From IMG/VR virus record IMGVR_UViG_3300025695_000006, positions 1 through 64,000 of that record: a DNA stretch of 64,000 nt. One strand, given 5' to 3'. This document shows, piece by piece, positions 1 to 9,900 of the stretch (position 1 is the first letter of the stretch; the number at the start of each line of letters is the position of its first letter). Origin of the DNA: a virus. Below the pieces are notes generated by a model that was given only the letters and a program-made list of their open reading frames with translations, was not told the DNA's origin and did not search any database. The position numbers and the translations under genes were made by a program.

Positions 1-798
1 AGAAAAATAATCGTCACCGTAAGTACCCCATTTGGTTTCACCATTTAATATAGCTTTTAACCCGTTGTCGTTTGGTTTCTCCTCTAACAACTCTTTGGTC
101 CTATTTATAACCCAATTATAATCGACTGGTACGTCTTTTATTTCTGGGAAGTATTTAAGTACCTTTTTCTCACCAATATTCTTAACACCAGAAATGTTAT
201 CACTACTGTCACCAGCAATCATCTTAATAATACCTACATTCATGTGGTGATAATCAAAGTAAGACTTAAAATTATCTTTATTAATCATGACTCTAGCTTT
301 ACTAATGGTTAACTGAACCTTAGTGTCGTCATCTAAAAGTTGCAACAAGTCTCTGTCGTTAGTGTATATAACTTTGTTCTCACCTGGTGAGTTCATACAA
401 TAATGAGCTATACCATCGTCAGCTTCGCACCCATCTACCTCTACTTGTCTTATCGATAATTCTTCTAAGTATTGTTTGATTCTGATTCTCTGTCTATCTA
501 GGTCGAACCTTTCGCCGTCATCATACTTATCATTTCGGTTCATCTTATAGTAAGGATAATAACCTTTTCTATAATCTTTAGAACCTTCACCTTCCCAAAA
601 TACAACTACCTTAGTTACGGCATAGTCTTGATAAAATCGTTTTATAGTGTTTATAAAATGATATATAGCGCCAACACTACCATGTTTACCTTGCGTATGT
701 TTAGCTCCGTGAAATCCCTGCTTTAGTAAGTACTCACCATCAATAAGTAATGAATTAATGGTGGTACGCCTATTTCTTGTGGGTTTATTAATTTTCAT
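1..798 (-). CDS. 5'-3' exonuclease / flap endonuclease (T4 RNase H / PolI N-terminal-like); partial, runs off window start
   Basis: Not in ORF track; manual translation from ATG at 798: MKINKPTRNRRTTINSLLIDGEYLLKQGFHG...VVVFWEG...YRKGYYPYYKMNR...EADDGIAHY...TNDRDLLQL...GDSSDNISGVKNIGEK, giving the PIN/FEN1 acidic motifs and the H3TH motif; frame is still open at position 1. Confidence 0.9.
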   Translation of the reverse strand, partial: MKINKPTRNRRTTINSLLIDGEYLLKQGFHGAKHTQGKHGSVGAIYHFINTIKRFYQDYAVTKVVVFWEGEGSKDYRKGYYPYYKMNRNDKYDDGERFDLDRQRIRIKQYLEELSIRQVEVDGCEADDGIAHYCMNSPGENKVIYTNDRDLLQLLDDDTKVQLTISKARVMINKDNFKSYFDYHHMNVGIIKMIAGDSSDNISGVKNIGEKKVLKYFPEIKDVPVDYNWVINRTKELLEEKPNDNGLKAILNGETKWGTYGDDYFS

Positions 799-1762
799 CC
801 GTTTGTAAATCGTAATCGTTTGACCCTAATGTCTCTGCCCAGTAGTCAGAATACTCTTTTTTATATTCAGCGATAGATTCTTTTGTATCCACTATAAATC
901 CATGTGGTGTTGCTATTATCCTACCGTCACCGTACCCTAAACCATTAACATGATTTTTTAACACACCTATCTTAGTTCTGGTAGCGAATTTAACTTTACG
1001 CCCGTTTTTAGTTGCGTCTATCTTGCTGGTACCAGAATTTTTCTGATTACCAAATAAATATATCATTGTAGAGTTTAGCCATAACGCTTCCCCACCTTTA
1101 GCTTTAACTCTAGGTTGACCGAAAGGGTTGTCGGGTAGTTCTACCCATGGTTGGTTAATTACCACCATAGTGTTAGTGTATTCGGAAGTTTCTTTTCTAG
1201 TACTGTTGATTCTTTGGTTTATACCCATACCTATCTTCTCTGCTAATACCCCAGCTGTATGTTGTTTACCACCTTTGCCATCAAAAGTCATTTTACAAGG
1301 TACGGAACCTACTGAATCCCAGAAAAATACTAAGTCAAAAGGTATATCCCCTTTAGCTTGGTCATCTAACAACTTGTTAATGTAGTCCGTTATTTGTTCT
1401 ATATAGAAGAAGTCATCTCTATAAAAGAACTTACCACCCCATTCTCCAGTTGTAGGGTCTTGATCAACATCTAAGCCCATTAGTTTCGCGTGACTGAAAT
1501 CCCACTTTTTTTCTGTAACTAAGAATACTGGTACGGCACCCCTTTTCTGAGCATCGATAGCGGCTAAGATTAGAGCTGTTGTTTTTCCAGTATCTGAATG
1601 ACCTAAGAACATGTTTATATGACCAGTTGCGGGTCCTGGTGTTCCTGTCATTTCTAAGAATGCTGGACCACAATTTAAAAACGAGTCTGGTTTGTATGTT
1701 GTTGAGGAACTATATTTGTTTCTCATATCATCGAATGAGAATTCTTTCTTTTTTACTGCCAT
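788..1762 (-). CDS. recA: RecA/UvsX-like recombinase
   Basis: Walker A GHSDTGKTT, Walker B FFWDSVG, VVINQ, GGEAL motifs; lies between SSB and exonuclease. Confidence 0.9.
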   Translation of the reverse strand: MAVKKKEFSFDDMRNKYSSSTTYKPDSFLNCGPAFLEMTGTPGPATGHINMFLGHSDTGKTTALILAAIDAQKRGAVPVFLVTEKKWDFSHAKLMGLDVDQDPTTGEWGGKFFYRDDFFYIEQITDYINKLLDDQAKGDIPFDLVFFWDSVGSVPCKMTFDGKGGKQHTAGVLAEKIGMGINQRINSTRKETSEYTNTMVVINQPWVELPDNPFGQPRVKAKGGEALWLNSTMIYLFGNQKNSGTSKIDATKNGRKVKFATRTKIGVLKNHVNGLGYGDGRIIATPHGFIVDTKESIAEYKKEYSDYWAETLGSNDYDLQTDEN

Positions 1763-1782
1763 TTTTTATATATTAATTTGTT

Positions 1783-1839
1783 AAAAAAAATGTGTGGGTA
1801 TATAAAGGTATACAACTACCATTTAGGTACCCACACATT
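1783..1839 (-). terminator. Long imperfect hairpin with U-tract (terminator/attenuator) between ssb and recA
   Basis: AATGTGTGGGTA (1789-1800) pairs with TACCCACACATT (1828-1839); inner TAAA/TTTA and GGTA/TACC; A8 at 1783-1790 is a U-tract on the - strand. Confidence 0.6.
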
Positions 1840-1854
1840 GTGTTATTAAAGCTA

Positions 1855-2811
1855 CTAGAACGGTAAGTCACTTATATTTAATTCAGCTTGATTAGCTGGT
1901 TCTGTTTGAGTGGCCGTTGTTGTAGATTCTGCTGTTGTTGTAGATTCTGCTGTCACTGATGGTGCAGGCGTTTCGTAAGTTGTTTTTTCTACTGGTGCCT
2001 GAGCTGATTGATAACTAGTGATACCTTCTTCAGATTTTTTAACGAATTTTTTAGCCTCAGCATCCCACATAGGTTCAGCACCTTCTGCTACTAATAATAA
2101 GTAATCTTGTGGTTTTTTTCTAAATACGTCTGTCCAAACCATAGGATCTTCTAGGATCTGTACCGCTTGATTCTCATCTTCACTTAACTTAGACTCTCTA
2201 TCTGGTATGATAGAAGAAACTTTACTATAACCAACTTTATTATCTCTAGATTTATCCCTAATGATAGAGATTGAGATATCGAAACCTTCAAATGGGTTCC
2301 AGAAAGCTCCGTATTTCTTAACTAGAGGTGCGATTTTGTCCATGATACCTGAACCATCTTGTACGGCTGGGAATCTCCAGAACTTAACACCTTCATCTTC
2401 TTTACCTCTTTCAATACATCGAACTATGAAGTATTGTCTAGATCTATAACTGTTAGCTGTTTTTCTGTCGTCAGAATCACCAGTGTTCATAAGATATTTG
2501 TACGCATCATTAAGAGGTGATGGTTCGTTATCTTGTGCTGGGTCGTAAAGTTTAGAATAACGTTTTCCGATTTTTAAGTTGTGGAAATATCCAACTTTGT
2601 ACCATTTTGTGGGATCATCTTGGTTAGGTAGTATCCTAATAGATTTTTCTCCTTGATTTTCACCGTCTTGTAATGCGATAGTGAAATACTTTTTTAAATC
2701 AACGCCAGTTCTGCGTGTAGATTTTTCAGCTGCTTGAGCTTTAGCTTGTTCGTAATCGGCCAGAGTATCTGTTGCGGCCTTGCTCCAATCAATCTTTTTG
2801 TAATCAATCAT
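1855..2811 (-). CDS. Single-stranded DNA-binding protein (T4 gp32-like)
   Basis: IRILP...FH...KLYDP...RQYFIVRCIERGKEDEGVKFWRF...EGFDI pattern; Ala/Thr-rich linker and acidic C-terminal DLPF tail. Confidence 0.8.
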   Translation of the reverse strand: MIDYKKIDWSKAATDTLADYEQAKAQAAEKSTRRTGVDLKKYFTIALQDGENQGEKSIRILPNQDDPTKWYKVGYFHNLKIGKRYSKLYDPAQDNEPSPLNDAYKYLMNTGDSDDRKTANSYRSRQYFIVRCIERGKEDEGVKFWRFPAVQDGSGIMDKIAPLVKKYGAFWNPFEGFDISISIIRDKSRDNKVGYSKVSSIIPDRESKLSEDENQAVQILEDPMVWTDVFRKKPQDYLLLVAEGAEPMWDAEAKKFVKKSEEGITSYQSAQAPVEKTTYETPAPSVTAESTTTAESTTTATQTEPANQAELNISDLPF

Positions 2812-2836
2812 AATTATATTTTTTAATGTTATGGTA

Positions 2837-2868
2837 CAAACCTAAACAAAAAAACTACAATAAACAAG
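2837..2868 (-). promoter_or_regulatory. Bacteroidota-type primary-sigma promoter for the ssb-recA-exonuclease operon
   Basis: - strand cTTG-N20-TAGGTTTG matches -33 TTTG / -7 TAnnTTTG, 25 nt upstream of the ssb ATG. Confidence 0.6.
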
Positions 2869-2893
2869 AATACACTTAAAAAATATTTGGAAC

Positions 2894-2922
2894 AAAAAAA
2901 AACCTCCGTATTAGAGGTTTTT
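2894..2922 (-). terminator. Intrinsic terminator (possibly bidirectional)
   Basis: AAAAACCTC-cgtatta-GAGGTTTTT flanked by A/T tracts, downstream of the 2947..3252 ORF. Confidence 0.65.
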
Positions 2923-2946
2923 AAATTCACTTATTTCTATCGTTGT

Positions 2947-3252
2947 TTAGAAAATAGATTTATACACCTTTACTCCGTATACTAACAATCCTTTTTGAAC
3001 CCCAGTAGAACTAGAGTCCTCTACGGACGTCACCTGTATGGATGTTATAGGCATTTCAGTTAACCCTATCATCGATAATACGACATTAGAAACTCCGTTT
3101 ATTTCCACTGTTACTGTATCATTAACATTACCACAAGGTAGTATAGAATAATACCTAATATTGTAATCATCGTTATCAATTTCTGTTAATGGTGGGTCAC
3201 CAGCTGTTATATAGGTAGTCACTACCTCTTGTTGTAATCCGTTATTTCTCAT
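2947..3252 (-). CDS. Hypothetical protein (beta-rich, possibly virion)
   Basis: ORF track; last gene of a late-type operon. Confidence 0.6.
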   Translation of the reverse strand: MRNNGLQQEVVTTYITAGDPPLTEIDNDDYNIRYYSILPCGNVNDTVTVEINGVSNVVLSMIGLTEMPITSIQVTSVEDSSSTGVQKGLLVYGVKVYKSIF

Positions 3253-3274
3253 ATCAATAGTTACTTACTTTTAT

Positions 3275-3970
3275 TTATTGTTTATCCCCAACGTTGTTAA
3301 AACTGTGTTTTATATCAACCTCATTGTAATCGTTAACCAGGTTGTCCATCATTGAAAGTTTATCTGGTCTACCCTCTAAATCGGTTTGAGTTTTTGGTCC
3401 CATATCTTCTAGGTATTCATCTTGAGTCACGCTAAATGGGTAAGAGTCTTTAGCTAAAGCTGCTCTTCTTTCTTCTTCAGTTTGTGGTCTCATTAACTCA
3501 ACTTCTTTAGATAATTTTTGCATTTGTTGTACTAAAGAATCCATTTTTTCTAAATTCTTTTCAACATTACTAACCTTGTTTATCATGTCTTCTATCTTAG
3601 AAGAGGCATTAGTTATTTTTTCTATAACATCGTCAGTTTTGGTATTCATCTCTTTTGCTGATGTGACTAAATCAGTTACATCAACCTCTATATCACCATC
3701 TTCATTTGTTGATTCAGCATCATCTACCATTTCTTCTTCTGGTTCATCAACGCTTTCGGTATCGTCTACCATTTCTTCTTCTGGTTCAACAATATCTTCA
3801 GCATCATCTACCATTTCTTCTTCTGGTTCAACAACACCTTCAGTATCATCTACCATTTCTTCTTCAGCTTCGTAAAATTTGTAATGTTTACCTTCTTCTA
3901 ATGTATATGATAAAATATCGTTATATCTCGATACTTCTTCTGATAAAACTTTCTCTTTTTTTATGTTCAT
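3275..3970 (-). CDS. Acidic coiled-coil protein, possible prohead core/internal protein
   Basis: N-terminal LSEEVSRYNDILSY motif, 14-aa acidic repeats, coiled-coil C-half. Confidence 0.6.
   Translation of the reverse strand: MNIKKEKVLSEEVSRYNDILSYTLEEGKHYKFYEAEEEMVDDTEGVVEPEEEMVDDAEDIVEPEEEMVDDTESVDEPEEEMVDDAESTNEDGDIEVDVTDLVTSAKEMNTKTDDVIEKITNASSKIEDMINKVSNVEKNLEKMDSLVQQMQKLSKEVELMRPQTEEERRAALAKDSYPFSVTQDEYLEDMGPKTQTDLEGRPDKLSMMDNLVNDYNEVDIKHSFNNVGDKQ
3714..3866 (-). repeat. 42-bp coding tandem repeat, ~4 copies (EPEEEMVDDxExxx)
   Basis: TCTACCATTTCTTCTTC recurs at 42-bp spacing. Confidence 0.85.
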
Positions 3971-4188
3971 CTTAAAAATCTTTTGTTTGAATTACTTATA
4001 GGGGTTTCTTCTCTTAATAATTCCCTACCGTCTTCTAGTACTAATTTTTTTTCTATCAAAGTTTTTTCTATTAAACCATCTTTAGTTTTAATATAACAAA
4101 CACCATTTAAATCACAAACTTCTTCACCTATCTGTGGGTTATTTTGATTACCCAGAAAATTATCTAATTTATTTCCAATATTATCCAT
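3967..4188 (-). CDS. Small hypothetical protein
   Basis: ORF track; ATGA overlap with next gene; TATTTATA motif upstream. Confidence 0.6.
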   Translation of the reverse strand: MDNIGNKLDNFLGNQNNPQIGEEVCDLNGVCYIKTKDGLIEKTLIEKKLVLEDGRELLREETPISNSNKRFLR

Positions 4189-4201
4189 AATTGTTATTTC
4201 T

Positions 4202-4209
4202 TATAAATA
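4202..4209 (-). promoter_or_regulatory. Putative late promoter TATTTATA
   Basis: Same motif recurs on the coding strand upstream of about 10 structural genes. Confidence 0.55.
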
Positions 4210-4247
4210 TAACGAATTTTATTAAAGTGTTGTATAGTAATTTAATA

Positions 4248-6950
4248 TTAAAAACTATTACTACCTAAGTCCCAAAATGTTTGTAGTGGTGGCCCATAAG
4301 TTATATTATCTGTATAATTATACGACCACCCATATACGTTATCCCTTGATTTTCTCTGAACGAATTTACCTCGTCCATCTGGATTTAAATTAGCATTTCT
4401 AGAGGTAACACTTCCTTCACTTTCTGCCTTGAAATCGGTTCTACCTTCGATTAATTGTTTAGCCTTATTTTGGTTAGTGGTGTCTTTAAGCGCTTCCCAT
4501 GTTTCTTTAAGTACCTTAGTTGCGGTAGCTATTGGGTCTGAGGATTGTTTGTATTTTTTTTCAGCTAACGCTTTTATGGCAGTAGCTTTATCTTTAATAT
4601 TAGCAAAATTTTGTGAAATCTCACCTGTTCTATTAGCGAATGCTGGTGCGTATGAACCTTTAGATTTGATTACTTCGGAAATTGTGGGTTTATACATTGG
4701 TGAACCAACTCTATTGTATATTGATTGTGCGACATCAGCTCTGCCTTGTGGATAACCATCTTCAAGTGCACATATAGCTAATAGCGACCAAAAATCGGCA
4801 GTATTGCCAGTTTGGATTGACCCAGGTGTTGCTACATTGCTACCTGTTGTTGTGTTAGTAGTTTTTGGTTTGACTCTTACTACAGCAAAATACTTAGTAT
4901 CTTTTATTTTACCGTTTTCTAGGTTTATTGCAGTACTCCCTATTTTTTCACTCAAATTACCTCCAATAGTGTAAGCTTTATTGTTTTCAATTCTAACCAC
5001 TATATCACTGTGACCATCGCTGCCTTTTACTACAGTGCTTAACCTATGGTTGGTACCTCTATTTTTATATACTATGTCACCAACACTTAGTATAGCCTCA
5101 TTAGCTTTGTAAGCCTTAAATTCATTTAAGTTGTTGTCTCTTATATCAACTAAAGATGTGTTATGGAAAGTTGATTCTGGGAAGCTAGAATACCCAGATG
5201 TTTTCATAACGTAACCAATGAAAGCTGAGCTCCAAAATTTCTTTGTGTCTATGAATTCTTCGGCCTTAGTGCCTGTTACACCTACTGACTCCCACATTTT
5301 AGTTAATATTGGTCTAAGTCTTGGGTCGGTTCCTTTAATACCTTTATAGTCTTCATATAGTTTTTTAGCTAATTCGACATGAGGTAAAGCTGTTGATGAG
5401 TTATTGTTGTTACTAGAATTAGCCTGTGGTGCTATATAAATATCATCACCGCTAGTTAGTTCTATAGTTGCGTCACGAATAGTCCAGTCTCTTAGTATAT
5501 CATCACTATCACCCGTATCTTCACCGTAGTTAAATTTACTCAAAAAACTGTGTTCTTTTAATGTAAGTGTATCATCAGGGGTTGTTTCGTCCGACCTAAC
5601 TATACTGTAGAAAGCATCGGTTTTAGTCTTACCTATACCACCAAGTGACACTATGTAGTGATCCTGGTGTGTTTCACCCGAATTTGGTAAAGAATATGGG
5701 GGTCTAGTATTACTTCTAGCCTTGATCCACTCAAAAGGCCCATTTTTGTCGTGACCTATAGTTGCGTTTGATTCGTAATTTATGTAATTATCATAAACAT
5801 CAAATTCTTCAGAATAATATTCCGTTATAACCCATTTGGTGGGTATTTCTTTGTAAACGTTTGTGGTTGTAATACCACCATTATTCAAAATATTTGGTGC
5901 TGTGGTGCTTTTTCTAACGTATATGTATTTCCTATCACTACCTATGAAGTAGTCATAAACAGTACCGTATAATATATTAGTTTGGATTCCATCTCTATAA
6001 CCCTCAACTGGTCTACCGTTAAGGAACTGATCACCTATATCATCGTCGGCCTTTACTTTGGCCAACTCATTATTAAATGCAACATCTTCATTCAAAGGAC
6101 CTAAACTACCGTCTGAATTTATGTCAGCCCATTTATTACTTTGTTCTGCTTTTCTTATCACATTAAAAAATAATATGGATGATGTTTGAGGATTTGGTGG
6201 TGTACCGTCTGCCTTAGTCTTTTGGTAATCAATCTCATCTGCTTTATGTTGATTTATGTATTTATAGTTTTCTGGTAACCCACCTGGTAGAAACCAGTGT
6301 GTGTTTAAATCATAGATAGATACACCCTGACCAAGGTACTCATTATTGTTTGGCTTTTCGTTAAACCACATGTTAGCCCTAGTTGTACTAGTTTTATAAT
6401 CGGCCCAATTAGCTGGTAAATCGTCTTCGAATGTTATCTTAGGGTTTGTTGAGTCGTTAGTTAAGTATCCGTTACCAGAACTGGGGGTCATTAACACTGT
6501 TTTGGGTTTGTAAAACTCATTCTCCGTTATCGACAGATAGTTTAATAGTTGGGAAGGGTTGTCACCTAATCTGTAAGCTTCATTCAGCATGGTTTCGGCT
6601 AAACAACCTTTTCTGTAATAACCGTCTATTAGTTGACTTAATGATATATTTTCTAAAGGCTCTATCTTATGGTATAAATCAAAAACTAAAATATCAGCCC
6701 AATATGGCGCTGAATTTTTTAAATTCCAACCACTAACATTATTTAATTTGCACGCGTTGTTGTGTAGGTAAGATATTATGGTTTTTATTTTAACCGTATC
6801 AGTATCATCATTAGATGTCATAAAGTTAATATAGGCTACGATAACCCATGATGCTCTGTAGGGTACAAATTTACCTTCTGAGTCTGGGTTAAGATCTGCG
6901 TCTATCCCTTGGTATAGTGTCCCGAAAGGGTCTTTTTCATTTATATTCAT
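4248..6950 (-). CDS. Tail/baseplate-associated peptidoglycan hydrolase (DUF2272/CHAP-like domain plus C-terminal SleB/Hydrolase_2-like domain)
   Basis: FWSSAFIGYVM...GDIV...GHSDIVV...TIGGNLS (DUF2272-like); AICALEDG..QGRADVAQSIYNRV...ISEVI..KGSYAP (SleB-like); last gene of the baseplate operon. Confidence 0.7.
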   Translation of the reverse strand: MNINEKDPFGTLYQGIDADLNPDSEGKFVPYRASWVIVAYINFMTSNDDTDTVKIKTIISYLHNNACKLNNVSGWNLKNSAPYWADILVFDLYHKIEPLENISLSQLIDGYYRKGCLAETMLNEAYRLGDNPSQLLNYLSITENEFYKPKTVLMTPSSGNGYLTNDSTNPKITFEDDLPANWADYKTSTTRANMWFNEKPNNNEYLGQGVSIYDLNTHWFLPGGLPENYKYINQHKADEIDYQKTKADGTPPNPQTSSILFFNVIRKAEQSNKWADINSDGSLGPLNEDVAFNNELAKVKADDDIGDQFLNGRPVEGYRDGIQTNILYGTVYDYFIGSDRKYIYVRKSTTAPNILNNGGITTTNVYKEIPTKWVITEYYSEEFDVYDNYINYESNATIGHDKNGPFEWIKARSNTRPPYSLPNSGETHQDHYIVSLGGIGKTKTDAFYSIVRSDETTPDDTLTLKEHSFLSKFNYGEDTGDSDDILRDWTIRDATIELTSGDDIYIAPQANSSNNNNSSTALPHVELAKKLYEDYKGIKGTDPRLRPILTKMWESVGVTGTKAEEFIDTKKFWSSAFIGYVMKTSGYSSFPESTFHNTSLVDIRDNNLNEFKAYKANEAILSVGDIVYKNRGTNHRLSTVVKGSDGHSDIVVRIENNKAYTIGGNLSEKIGSTAINLENGKIKDTKYFAVVRVKPKTTNTTTGSNVATPGSIQTGNTADFWSLLAICALEDGYPQGRADVAQSIYNRVGSPMYKPTISEVIKSKGSYAPAFANRTGEISQNFANIKDKATAIKALAEKKYKQSSDPIATATKVLKETWEALKDTTNQNKAKQLIEGRTDFKAESEGSVTSRNANLNPDGRGKFVQRKSRDNVYGWSYNYTDNITYGPPLQTFWDLGSNSF

Positions 6951-6961
6951 GCTTTTATATA

Positions 6962-9900
6962 TTATAAACCTCTGTCTGAGTATATTATCCCTGTAGTTGG
7001 TAAAGGGGTTATGTCACTTCTGTTGGTGAACCCAGTTGCTTGTGATGATCTAAAGGCGCTGTTTATTAATTTTTTTATAACAACATTGTTTGCATTTGGT
7101 TTCCTTGCGATAGGTTGTCTAACCCCTTTAAATGTTGTGACCATACTATTCGGAGTTATTTTATGACTCACATTTGTTATCCAGTAAGTACCGTAAAATA
7201 AAGGTACGTTCCTTAAATAGAAATATGATAAAGGTTGTATGGTCGCATTACCTAAACTAGTTACGGTACACGAATACGACCTACTCTCCATCGCACTAAA
7301 TAACTTACCTGAAGAAAGTACAACACCAGACGATTTATCTGATAAAGATACTGTTGTTTTGATACTTTCTTCAGTATTCACAAATTCGTCTGTTGATATC
7401 TGTATATTTTTAAACATGTTTTGGTTTTGATTAGCGAAATCAACAATAAAAGATGTTATGTTTGAGTTACTTATGTCTGATGGTACATCTTCATTTAATA
7501 ACCTACCGTTACCATCTACGTCCAATTGACTAGGGTCTATATCTAAACAAAATGTGTTACTAGGGTCGAAAGTTTGTTTCATACCTTTCTTTTTCTGACC
7601 TTTTCTTGATATCTCTGAGGTTAATGAACCTAGTTGAAATACGAATGATGGATTTGAGTCCCACATTTCTAAGTCCCTAAATACCCCAAACATGTCGTGA
7701 GCTAAATCATAAGGTGATTCATCATTTTTATTTGTTCCGTTAAGGTTTATATATGATGTTAACGGTAGTAATAAAAATTCGTGTTCTGAGGCTAGCATAG
7801 ATAAAACGCTCCACATGGATTTGTCTGTAGATTTTTTTACATCCATGCTTGAGTTAATGTTTGTACCTAGTATCGCTGATAAGCCACTTATATCCACTAG
7901 AACTTTGGAACCATAATCATTATTCCCTCTATCTAGAACACTAGTATAATCAAATAAATCCTTTAGGCGTTTAGTCTTTATGTCTCTATCTTCATCGTAT
8001 TTACCAAAAGAATCTTCATCACAAAAATCACTTGATTGTACATTGAAGTTGTAGAATAGTGGTTGGTTTAATATTTCGTTAACATCTATATTAGCTAACT
8101 CAGCGCTTCCATTTTTTATTAGGTTAGTGTTCTTTAAGTCTATGTTTTTAAAAGATACGTTTTTATCGTATAGGGTTTTTATTCGATAGTATGTACCAGC
8201 CTTTACATCTTCGTCCCCAGATTTAAAATCACTATAAGTGTTTTCCCCTGAATCCACAAATTGGTCTATTTTAGTTAACGTATCATGTAAATGACTCATC
8301 GATGAATCAAATAACTTTATTGTATTATTTACTGTTTTTTCATTGAAGGTCTTAATCCATTCATCGAACTTATCACCCATATCTAAGTCGCTAACCGCGT
8401 TTATTAGGTAGCTCTTAGTCGATACGGTTTCGTAAACACCGTTTACTATCTCACCTAATACCAATCGATTATAATCATCATCAATGTCGGTATCTTGATC
8501 ACCTTCGTTGCCTCTGAAACTGGCCATTAGTTTTTGTCTCACTTCTTTAAATTCGCGTAATAAAGAGTATACTCTTGTTACATTATATTCTGAAGTTGGT
8601 ATGGTGTACCCTATATAATCTCTTAAGTAGGATAATAGTAACTTTAAGTTACCTTCATTTAATTCTATGTTTAATAAAGTAAAGAAGTTTTTGGTTAACT
8701 GAGTTATAACGTTTTTGGTACCTAGTGAAGGGTTTATGAATTTACTATAATATAGATCAAGATAGACGTATTTATCTATCAAATTTTCTATAATTGAAGG
8801 ATCTTGTGTATCTTGGTTGTATGGTTGTATATCTTGATCACCAAACAATATGGTTCTAAATAATAATTGGTCTCCAACCTCTTTTACGATACTGTTGTAA
8901 CTCTTTTCTTCTGATGAGTAAGCTATTATCGGGTTAAATGCGAATGAATTTATTTTTATATGTGTTGGGTTACCTCTAGTGTTTTCAACATTTAAGGGAC
9001 CCATTGTTGAATAATTATTTACTGTTATTTTATCATTAAGAAACTCATCTATAACTACAGAAGCTTTGCTTTCTTGTGCAATTGTTAAACTTGTGTTTAG
9101 TAACCTGCTTAACCCAGTTGTTGAAGCGAATTGTATGAAGTGACCCGTATAACCATATAATAGAGCCGATATTTCATTTTTTTCGTATGTTCTACCATGT
9201 AGTGTTAAAATACTAGGTAGGTTTTCGTGACCTATAATACACAAATGTTTTAATAGCGATTTAAAATTAAAGCTATTAAATGTTTTGGTGAAGTATTCAC
9301 TAGTGTTATTGCTACTAAATTGTTTATATAAAGTTCTAAAATCTTCTAATTTATCTATATCAAATATATCAATCATACTTTTAATAGATGACGTTTCGTA
9401 ATACTCTGCTTTGTCACTAAAGTTAATCAGAGGATTAGTACCCTTATCCCAATTATATTCTCTCCATACAAATTTAAATGTTTTTGGTATGTACAAACCT
9501 TTCCCTTTGGGGAAATTCTTAAAGGTTAAATCATTCCCTAGGTCGTTATAAAACCCGTTTTCAGTAAATCTATTCTTGAACTCATCTCCGTATATATCTA
9601 TATCGTACAAGTAGTTAGTCGTTTCAATTGTGTCTGCTAGGGTTATGTAAGAACCACCCCCATTAATTTCATTACTCTTTATTAAGTATTTGATATGTGA
9701 CGGTGTTAATCTACCTGTATGTGTAGGTTGGTCAAACCATAATAACCTACTGCTATTCAGTATTAGAGTTCTATTATCGAACTTAAGTCTATGTATTGCG
9801 TCTGGGTCTGTCGTGTTAGCTACAATATGTACATCATCGTATCTATCTAAATAATTTATCTTTTTGACAGTAGTAGGGTTACTGAAAGGTGTTTTTGGTT

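Noticed and set aside
1916-1952. 18-bp repeat (AESTTT x2) in ssb
   Set aside because: Ordinary low-complexity linker before the acidic tail.
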